Shown here: piece by piece, positions 1 to 10,400 of the stretch | Layout of the letters: each line of letters opens with the position of its first letter | Numbering within the stretch: position 1 is the first letter of the stretch | Source of the DNA: Yuukianura sp. NJ FZ-2021 | Lineage: Eukaryota | Assembly: GCA_046563655.1 (NCBI GenBank) | Contig: CM102285.1 | Coordinates: forward strand, 5,828,001 to 5,892,000 | Direction of reading: 5' to 3' | Length of the DNA stretch: 64,000 bases | Notes under the pieces: model-generated | Seen by the model: the letters and a program-made list of their open reading frames with translations, nothing else | Told to the model about the DNA's origin: nothing | Databases searched by the model: none | Program-made: the position numbers and the translations under genes

Positions 1-2927
1 AGAAACCCTTTCGGCGGCCAGAATTTTGTCTTTTCGGAAAGTTGAACTTTTTCAACTTCCGAGACGAAAGTTGTCGGCGCCACTTTTTCTGTGCATACCT
101 CACACCAGACGAGAAGCAATACTTTGGAACCTTTTGCTGCTTTCAGTCAAAGAAGCGCATTATACCAATTATCATGATAGAAATTATGCTCATCCCTCTT
201 CATATGGAGAATACTAGAGATTCAAAGATACGAAAATGTTTATAATTAGTGTAAGTGTAAATAATTAATTAACCTATAACTTAATTAGAGCTATAAATGC
301 TTCTGTAACCCCTTTTGGACTAAAACTGCAGCACAATTCGTCAGTTTAGGTACAAAAGGTTTACATTGATGACATCCATAAGCTACATAGCTATAGTAGC
401 ATAGCTCTATGCTCTTTTGCTAATCAGCATATGTAATCAAGTTTGTAAACAAACCTTATTTTTGAATTTCTGAAAATGGCGCCAATCTATGGAAGACAGG
501 CATTGAGACATACAGCACACCAAGTGAAACGAAAGTTGGCCGCCGAACGTCGGCGCTACTTTTTCGTTTCACTTTGGCAGTGTGCTGTGTGGAGAGAAAA
601 AGTGGAGACGAAAAAAGTTCTGCTCCAAAAGTGGCACCGACGCGCCGTCGTTTGAGTCACGGCAGTGTGCTGTACTCAGATTCTGAAAAGACAAAGTAGA
701 GCCGACAAATCGTCGTCGCCACTTTTTCGGGCCGAAAGTTTGGTGAGCGGGAAGCTTTACACTACTTCGCGTTGTGAGTTGCTTACTATCTTTCCATTCG
801 GCTAGAGAAGGTGACTCTAGGTATTAGGAAAAACACATCGGGAAAAACGCTAATACAAAGTTGATAAGCAAGGCAACTCGGGACGTCACTTTACAGTTAC
901 GTTACATATGCTGATGAGAAAGGCAGGTCCACTGCTTGTTTTTACGGAGAGTTTACAGCTCACCAACCTCATGGGAACAGACTCATCAGCATGGAATGAA
1001 ATTGAAAGGGAATAAGGAAATTGCAAATTCCTTATGCTCATAGGCAATTTTTCATTCACTTTTTTTATTGCGAGTGACCGACAGGATTCGATCTCACAGA
1101 CAGGCAAATGGCAGAATAGAGACTCGTACCACTGCGCTACCAAGGCTCGCCCACTTGGGGCAAACATTTGCCAAGCCTTGGCCCATTACATTTTAGTCCA
1201 AACCTTGCAGCTTGGGTTCTAATGTAATCAAATCAAGGTCAGACTATTCTTATTTCAATTTTTATCTAGTTAATAAGTCGTTAGATTAGTAACCTAATCT
1301 TCCTGCTTCTTTATTCTTACACCCAAATTAGAAAGTCGTTCTCATTTGGGGAACCTTACCACCTTCATATTCATTGCTTTTTGCTATCTGCAAGATCTAA
1401 TCAAAAGACTCAACTTTAGTAGTAATTGACTTTTTTGAATTATTGGTATGCACAGAAAGTTATAAAATGTACTCAGTTTGGAACACTCAGCACATTTTTT
1501 TCTGAAGAACTGAGAAAGCGAAACTTTTAAGAAAAAATGCATGAAAGTAGTAGATCTGGTAATATTAGCAGCAAAATTCAAAATATCAAATTCATTGCTA
1601 AATATACAAGTTTTACGGGCAGCCTAGGAATTGTGCCGTTCAGGTTTGTAAGGGTCAACCAGGTCAAGGGGTCACTTTGAATAAGTGCCCTACCCGATTG
1701 ACCACTTAGCGAAGGAGCGTGGTCACCAGGCGCTAAAAAGGCCTAATTGAATGAGAGGACGAATTTTTACAGTGTAAGCTTGGAGGTCCCTTTAGGGCAC
1801 TTCAAATAAACTTAAGAAAAATTGAAGTTACTTTTGCAATTTAAAAAGATTTTGAATTCCGGTCAGCAGACCCACTTCGTCGCCTTGGGTCAGTCGCAAC
1901 TGCCATTATGTCTGCGGCGCGGAGTGGACGCTGAAAGGGCGCACCTATGAAATCCAAGGGCCCACTTAAATGTACGCCCCACCTCCTTCGGTCAGTCGCA
2001 ACTGCCCGTGTCGGAGGCGCAAGGCGCACGAAGGGAATTCCGGGGGCGGGAGTCCTAACCTTTTGACGGGAGAACCCGTCCAGGAACCGACAGGCCCTGT
2101 ACCCTTCCCAGTCTCAGTCCCTCAAATCCCTAACCAATAATCTAATTGTCAAGTTTTGTTTGTTATGTACCTTGGCTTTTTGTTTCTTGAACTGCTTGAG
2201 TGGTCCAAGCCGCAATGAATGATCTCAACGTTGTCCCTTGGTGTCAGGAAGAAATGACGAAAAGTGAAGTGGCGAAGCGAATCGAAATTTTGGTTTTGAA
2301 ATTTTATTTTTCTTAAAGGAAATTTGAACTTTAAATTTTTAAGACTCTAATTTGAAGTACGAGCTAAAGAATAAAACTTAGACTGAAAATCTAACTGAAG
2401 GAAATGATCTGATGTCTGCACACTTGCAGCCTGTATTTATAGATGTTACTTTTAGTTGCTACCCTGCAACTCTTGACATTGTATCTTTTTCGTAAATTTT
2501 GGAAAATTAGCAACTTTGTATATTTCTAATCTAAAACCATGTTCAAGCCATAAGCAATCTCAATTGCTGGTGACTTGATCTTGGTTTCTTCCCATGCACT
2601 CTAATGCAACTGAAATTTAGAGTTGAACTCTTTTAATCCCATTAAGCGTCTCAGCCCTAGTGTTTGCTATCTACTTTATGATACTTGATTTTTCCACATT
2701 TTTGCAAAATTTTTATGAAATTTTTGAAAACAACACAATGAATGAATCTATGAAAACCGGTTCTAACCGGATTTATGTCTAATTGCTACCTGAGTACTTT
2801 TTCTCGGATTTAAAAAATGCTGATGTTTTGATGAAATCGAAATTGATTTAGCAAAGTAGAATTGATAAGTTAATGATACATGGTTAAAAGTAATTCATTT
2901 AGTTGTTAATTACGTTTTTGTTTTCAG

Positions 2928-4740
2928 TGAACAATGTGAGCTGAGGAAGTTTATGACGCTGAACGTGAATCGCGTTTTTGTTCAACAAGTTTACCAAGAA
3001 ATTTCCACTGCCATTGAAGTTTCACGTAGAAACCCCGACTGCTGGAAAGAAATAATTTCGCTCGATGAATCCAAGCTCCTCAAAGCATCTCGTCCAATAC
3101 TTCAAGTAATTTAGTGTAATTACTTCTAATTACTTGAATTACTTGAACTCCTTAGTTCTTAGGGGTGGGCAGCACAGCTCACTGTTCATCTCCAGTGTTA
3201 GAAGTTATGTTCTTACAGTTTTTTTTATGTTTCATATGGCGTGGCTCTGATTGGTCGCAACGTAGTTGACACTTTGAAACTCGCTTTGAAGGATTTGCCC
3301 TCACATTACGATCAAAGAAAATTCTGAATCCAGTTCTCACTGCATATCGAGGAAGTTGTTTTGAAGTATTCGGAAGCATAATTCGGTTGGAAGAGAAGAA
3401 GGTGATATCGGCATCCATGGGGGAAGATGCAGACATCGAGCGTCTGCTCAAATCGCTTCCTAATTGGTGCAAATTGATGAACAGACAAGCTGAGAACACT
3501 GATGACAGTCCGGAAGATGTTCGGTATCAGAATTTGCGAAAAGCTAATTTGTTCGTGGGTCTGTTCGGCGGGAAATCCATTTCACAGCAAGATGTCATGT
3601 CGGATGTGAAACTCGTGGAGCAGTTGGCTCGTTTTCATGAGAGCATGGTAAAACTTTAGACAAAAAGTTTTTATTATGGTTTAAAATTTTTAAAAAGTAA
3701 ATATTTTTGGAATTTCAGGAATGGATGGAACTTGTAGAATATGTGGAGCAAATTTTTTGGGGCGGAGCAGACGTAATTCAAAGCGACGAACTTGGTGATT
3801 TGCTCGGCAGAGTTCAAAAGTTGGCGGCGTTGTTTCGAGAGTTGGGTTCAACCTGTCTATTGATTATTTACTTGGAAGTAAGTTCAAATATTCAAAGTTT
3901 TCTTTTTCAAGCTTCAAATTGTAATCTCTGAAACTGAAACTATTGAAATTTTGATGATTGCATTTTTTTCAGATTCGCGTTCAGTCGTTTTATTACCTTA
4001 GTTCAATTCCACATAAATCCGATTTTGCTCCCGGTGTGGACAGTCAAGTTGGTGATTCAGAAGTCACTCAACTGACGAAGTACTTGACAGTAGTCGAAGC
4101 TCTACTGGTCAACTCCTTGCAATCAGTCAAGACCAAGGGGAGTGACACGGTAGCACGCCGTTGCTCAGAATCAAATGCTTCGAAACCAATTGCTTCGAAA
4201 GGCCCTTTTTTCCGAAATGGGATTAGTGTACATCGTATTTTTTCGGTTTGTGATTTTTAGTATGTTTTTGGAGGACTGGGTCAACTCATTTCGACAATTT
4301 GTGCGAGGAGCGGGAGATATAAGAAGAATCAATGACAACGGAGTGAAGAAAATGTGCAGAAACATTTTCCATATTCAGCAAGGTTTGTGTGCCATCACGA
4401 AGTCACCCGAAGTATCGCTCGACATGGCCAGACAGTTTTATGAAATATTTTTTCATCCGCTCCAGGTTTGTCTTTACTTAGACTCTTTTGTAAAAAAAAA
4501 AATTCTGTTTTGGTTGAATTTTATTTATTTATTCTATTCATTTTTTTCAATATTTTTTTGAATCTTTAGGAGCTGTTTGATGTTATTCTGGAAAAGGGCC
4601 CACAGTTTCGTGAGATCGAGTACATGAATGCTGTACAACTGTGGTACAGAAGTAAACCTGGTGCATATTCCAAAGAGCCACTCAATGACCATCTCCCTCG
4701 ACTGTCAAATATTCTGGGTGATGTTGGTGTTACTGTTTAG
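2928..4740 (+). CDS. Sec8: Exocyst component Sec8/EXOC4-like gene, 3' half (multi-exon, with two apparent frameshifts)
   Basis: Manually spliced exons (about 2928-3105, 3230-3647, 3719-3876, 3973-4137, 4261-4465, 4570-4740) give Sec8-like motifs EEKKVISASMGEDADIERLLKSLPNW, CLLIIYLE-IRVQSFYYL, GVKKMCRNIFHIQQ and LDMARQFYE. Stop TAG at 4738-4740. 5' exons were not found in the window. Confidence 0.85.
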
Positions 4741-4942
4741 GATTAACGTAAAATTATTGAATAAATTCGGCAGATATCAACATGTAAGCGTTCTACACTT
4801 TCGATTAGAGTTTTTGTGTTCAAGCGTTTTAGAGTTAATTTGTGATTGATTGAATTGTTAGAAATTTAATAGAAACTTTGTTAAAAAAATTTTTTTTTGA
4901 ATACGTTTAGATTTTACATCGTTCATCTCGTCTCCATGTTGA

Positions 4943-6477
4943 TTATTCATGAGAAAATGGGCTTCTCATCGGATCAGAGCAGTGTTGGTGGATATCCACT
5001 TTTTCAGCATTTCGTCCACGGCTGGATATCCAGTGGAAGAAATGGATGAAATGGATGAATCCAAAGGGGCGGAGCTTTGCCCGCGGGATTTAAATTAATT
5101 AAATACAAAAGGCTTAAACAATTCAAAATATCATACAGAAACGAAGGAAACATCGTTTTTGTACGAGTTTGAAATAAATAATTTATTATAACGATGAAAG
5201 AAACTCTATTTCATATTATTTTACAATTTTAAATTTGAATTTGCTTGAATTTCGCGCTAATTTCTTAATTTCTTCCATCCATTAAAAGTTTCATCCATTT
5301 CGGGTGCATTTCTTCCAGTGGATATCCAGTGGAAGTGGCAATTAAGCCACTGGACGTTTAAGCATCCACCAACACTGGATCAGAGTAATCTGAAGACTCT
5401 GGATCGGAAATTGGCGCAGGTTTTTTGACATAGCCAAACCCGCCAGGCTGATGGACCCGTTTAGAAAATCCCTTTTTAGTCCGATTAACATGCAGAAAAC
5501 GTTTTCTGGCACCCTTTCCAATTATGTGGTGTGTTGTGTGTGGGCATCTACACCGTTCGACTTTGTATCGTTCTTGAATCGGTTCTGAGCAACTGGCGAA
5601 TTTACCCCATATCACTTCATCCTGTGGAATGGGAATCCGACTACGCACTTTGACCACACTTTTGCCAGAGATGTTGCATTGGATAAACCGTACGTTCCGG
5701 ACTTGAGGATTACAGGCGTGGTTGATAAATCCTGAGAGATTCCCGCGCTGCCTGGCATCGATGTATAGTTGTTACCTTCTACCGGAAGTAAGTAGTTGGT
5801 CAAGACTAGAGATAACAGAAAACTGTCAAAACGTGATTTCTGCCGGGCAATTGTTCGGAGTGATTAGAATGTTTCATTTCAAGGAATAAAAACGGCATTA
5901 ACCTTCCCCTTTGTCATCTGTTGCTGATTTTGCCTCTTGCTCCTCCATTTTCTTTTTGTCCTCTTTCGTAATGACGTCTCCAGCATATAGCATTAAATCT
6001 GTGTTCGCAGGAATGTCTCTCGCCGCTCCTAGCCCGAGACTTCCGATGGGCTCGTCGTAGTAAACATAAAACCAAATTCCATCCAAATACTCTTGGCAAA
6101 CTTCGACATCATTGTACACCACTGCTTCCGTCAGGACAAAGTTATTGATATGTAGTTGGTCCAGAAATTCTAAAGCCTTGGTATCCGTCCGAAGGTAATG
6201 AAATCCTGTTATGTGTTTCTAGAAAAAATGACAAATTACTGCAATTACTAATACTTTGGTGCTTTGTTATTGTGATAGAGACTACTAGCAGTATAATAAC
6301 TAAAAACTACTAAAAACTAATGTAGGTTCCTGTAGGCTGCGGATATGTTTAGGGCGGCGCCAACGGTCAATTTTTGTTTTTAAATGTATTCCATTTTTGA
6401 AATATCATTCAACTTATATATTTTGTAACAGCAAAACAAGCAAGAAAACTCACCTTGAGTCTATCTTTGCCTGACAT
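4943..6477 (-). pseudogene. Small SET-domain (lysine methyltransferase-like) gene, copy 1, frameshifted and carrying a MITE
   Basis: Motifs GLGLGAARDIP..L..YAGDVI, IDARQRGNLSGFINHACNP and post-SET-like RCRC. A 2-bp insertion near 5763 (relative to copies 2 and 3) breaks the frame. A hAT MITE sits in the C-terminal codons. Confidence 0.75.
4980..5377. mobile_element. hAT-type MITE
   Basis: TIR CAGTGTTGGTGGA...TCCACCAACACTG. Perfect 8-bp TSD GATCAGAG at 4972-4979 and 5378-5385. Subterminal GGATATCCAGTGGAAG repeats. Confidence 0.9.
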
Positions 6478-7006
6478 TTTTCATGAATTTGAATCACCGT
6501 CTGGATCTTCAAAACTAACTTTGATTTTATAAAAATCAAAATCAAAATTATGAAGTATTATAAAAAATATAAAATAAAAACGCCCAATATGGTATATTGG
6601 ATAATTTTGTTTTGATTTACACAGGCTATGGAGATTGAGTGTTTTGAGGGTGTCACTTACTTCCTGAATCCTCAGAGGTGTCAAATTGTAACAACCTCAA
6701 GAGGAAGAAACTCGTAAAACTGAACAAGCAAGTTACAGTTGATTATAATTCCAAATAATAAAATAAATAATTAAAGAAATTGTTTTTTTTTCCTAATTGT
6801 AGAATTTTCAGTGGAATTGGAATCCGTTGTGCCGGATGATTTTGGCATAGTACTTGGCAGAGTCCTTTGCTTTCCTCGTTCGCTCCGTACTCGTGAAGTC
6901 CACATGATGCAGGCCGAATCGAACCCTTAAGTATTCAAATTTAAATTTTCGAACTTTTGAAGTTGATTTGAAATTATGAAAAGCGTGGTTCTTACGTGTA
7001 TCCGGC

Positions 7007-7405
7007 TGTTTAGAGAACTGACAGCGTCAGTTCTCTTAAAAGTAAGTCCCCCTCACCCCCTCTCTAATTCTCATTTTCAAACAAACCGAATTTGTTTCGT
7101 TTCTTTTTCTAATTGGAACTGCGCAGGCGTCAGAACATGTTTCAACATGTTCCTCAGCCTCGCAGCTCCTCTCCCTCTCCTTCATAAGTTAAGTTCAAGT
7201 ACTTGGTACAATCACAATTCTCACCTCTCTCGTAATTAATCAATTAATCAGTGATTAATTGATCCCTTCTCACTTTTGTTCATTCTCCCCCTTTTATTAG
7301 TATAAATAAAAGGGTGCAAGCCCAGAAAAATTGGATTTCCGTCTTGGTTTCCGTTTTTCAGTTCTTTTTAAATTAAAACCTAAAACGTTGGTTCTTAAGC
7401 CAACA
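7007..7405 (+). repeat. BEL 5' LTR
   Basis: Direct repeat of 13100-13497, TG...CA ends. Confidence 0.97.
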
Positions 7406-7454
7406 TAATTTTTCCAATTTTCAACAGTGCTTATTCCAAACAAACTCCTAATCA

Positions 7455-10400
7455 GTGAACATGGCCTCCTCTAACAGTGAATCCCCAGTGTCATGTTCCA
7501 CTGCCTTTTTTGGACTCAATCAGCTGAGGAAGAAAATCGTTCGTTTTCAAACAACTCTCTCTCCCAGTGTTTGGAAACCAACCAGTATCCCCGAACTTTC
7601 AGTGAAAGAAGGCAAGTTCACTGAACTAAAAAACGAACTCAACTTCTTCCAGCAACATCTCCAGCGCATCTTCGGTGCTTCGGAAGAAGACAAGGATAAG
7701 TCGTGGATAGACGTAGAGGATATCACAAATGACTGCGAAGACCTCTTCGAAACGATTCATCTCGTCCTTCTGTCTACTCGTGAGTCTCTTTCACCGAAAA
7801 ATCAGTCATCAGTTCCTAGAGTTGACACTAATCCGAATTTTGAATCTGAGTTTCGCCTGGAGAAGACGAAACCTCCGACTTTCTCCGGCAAGTACACCGA
7901 ATGGCAGAGCTTCTCCGATCTTTTTCATGTTGCTGTCATCAACAATCCGAAGATTTCCGGCGGACTGAAGCTCGTCTACTTGAAGAACAGTCTCGTCGGG
8001 GACGCAGCATCAATCGCCAGTCAATTTCCCTCCACTAACATCAGCTTTCAAGATGCCTGGGACTTAGTGGAGAAACGTTACTACAAGAAACGGGAAATCG
8101 TCTTCGCTCATCTCCAGAAGCTGTTTTCACTGCCTTCAGTTCAAGACACAACTAAAGGTATTCTCACGCTAATCGACACCATAAATTCATGTTTGAAGAA
8201 TCTGGAGCTACTTGAAGTCAACGTTGATTCTTGGGATGTTTTTGTTGTCTACTGGGCCCATTTGAAGTTAGATCCAGAGACAAGGAAGCAGTGGCTACTC
8301 AACACAGATGACGAACTACCTCAACTCACTCAATTCCTTTCATTTCTTGAAAAGAGAGCCGACGCCCTCAATTCCAGATCTACTGAAAAGGAAAAACCGA
8401 AGTCATCTTCAGCGTCATCTGCTCATCATGTCACCACTCCAGATCCAGGAAACAAGAAACGCTGTCCGAAATGTGACGGAAGTCACAAAATCTACTCCTG
8501 TTCAAAATTCCTGGAATTGACACCGCATGAACGTACAGCCTTCGCCAAGCAGAAGAAACTTTGCATCAACTGCCTGGGAAGTCATTCGACCAGAGATTGC
8601 AAGAGTACGATTGTGTGTCAGAAGTGCTCAAAACCACATCACACACAATTACATTTTGAATCCCGGTCAACTCCCGCCTCAACCACTTCACCGTCAACTT
8701 CAACCTCAAATTCAGGTCAACGTTCCGCTCAAGTTGAAAGTTCATCAAGGCCACTTCACCCGGATGCTTTCACTACTCCACCTCCACAGAATGTCCATAT
8801 TGGCTCTCATCACTCGTCATTTCCGTCTCCGGTTTCAAGTGACAAGACCATTCTTATGGCAACACTCCTCGTGAACGTCGTCGATTCTTCTGGCGACACT
8901 CAAACCTGCCGCGTGTTTCTCGATCAGGGATCAGAAACAAACTTCGTCTCCGAGTCTCTTGTGGCTCGACTCTCACTCCGTCGCCAGAAAACCTGTGTCA
9001 CGGTTACTGGAATCGGAGGTCAAGGAGAAAGTGTCGCTCGAGGAATTGTAAGTCTCGACTTACATTCCACTGTCTCTAATTTTTCTCTCTCTATTAAGGC
9101 ACTCATCCTTCCGAAAATCACTGGGAATCTGCCAAGAAGTTCCTGCCAAAGTCAGTTTCATCATCTCATGGGACTTTCGCTGGCAGATCCTACATTTCAT
9201 CAACCGTCTTCAGTGGACATTTTGCTTGGAGCAGAAGCCACTTCTCAACTTCTTCTTCCTGGACTACGGGTTGGACCCCCAGGAACCCCCACAGCTCAAC
9301 ACTCAAGATTTGGCTGGTTTCTGACTGGAAGTGCCCCCTTAAGCCAGGTGCACACCCCCAGTCTCCATGTGACTGTATGTCATTCTTCTTGCGTCGTGGA
9401 TGAGCAGTGTCTGGACTCTTCACTTCGTCGTTTCTGGGACTTGGAAGATCCAGCACCACTCTCACCTCAACTCTCGTCTGTAGAGCAAGCAGTCGATGAC
9501 CACTTCCTCAAGACTTTTGCTCGTGACTCCGATGGCAGGTACGAAGTATCCTTACCATTCATCAACTCTGGGGAGTTGGGAGATTCAACTTCAAAAGCCG
9601 TTTCCTGCTTCAAATCTCTCGAGAAGCAACTCAACAAGGATCCTGTTCTCAAAGCAGCCTACCACACCCAAATCAAAGACTACTTGTCAAAAAACTGGGT
9701 TCAAAAAATTCCAGCTGCAGAACTTTCAACTCCGAAAATCGAAGTACACTCAATCGATGGGGAGAAAATGGAACTTCGTCCATTCTACCTCCCTCATCAC
9801 GTCGTTGTCAAACCAGACAACACCACAACGAAATTTCGGATTGTCTTCAACGCTTCTTCGAAAACAAACACCGGACTTTCCCTCAACTCCGTTCTCCATC
9901 CTGGACCGAAAATTCAAACGGATCTTCATCCGCTCCTAACCCGGTTCAGAAGTCACAAAATCGCACTTTCAGCCGATATTGTTAAATTTTACAACCAGGT
10001 GAAAGTTAATCCCTCTCATTGTGACTTTCAGCGATTTCTTTGGAGAAAGGAGCAGACGGACCCTCTACTTCACCTTCGTTTTCTTCGCGTCACCTTCGGC
10101 GTCACTTCAGCCCCATTCTTAGCCATTCGGGTTCTGCGTCAACTTGGAGAAGATTTCAAGGCTGACTTTCCCCTGGCTCACCATTCAACTCAAAATGATT
10201 TCCTGGTCGACAATCTTTTGTCTGGAGCTTCAACACTGGAAGAAGCCCTGGAAATCAAGAATCAGATCACCTCTCTTCTCGCCCTGGGAAGATTCCCACT
10301 CCAAAAGTGGGCCTCGAATCATCCTGAAGTCGTCAACTCACTCTCACCGGGTGAAAGTGAGAACATCTCTCTGGACATTCAACTGGATGAATCCATCAAG

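Noticed and set aside
6976..7239. Duplicated 77-87 aa ORFs (also 13099-13332) as a small gene family
   Set aside because: Incidental ORFs within the two BEL LTRs
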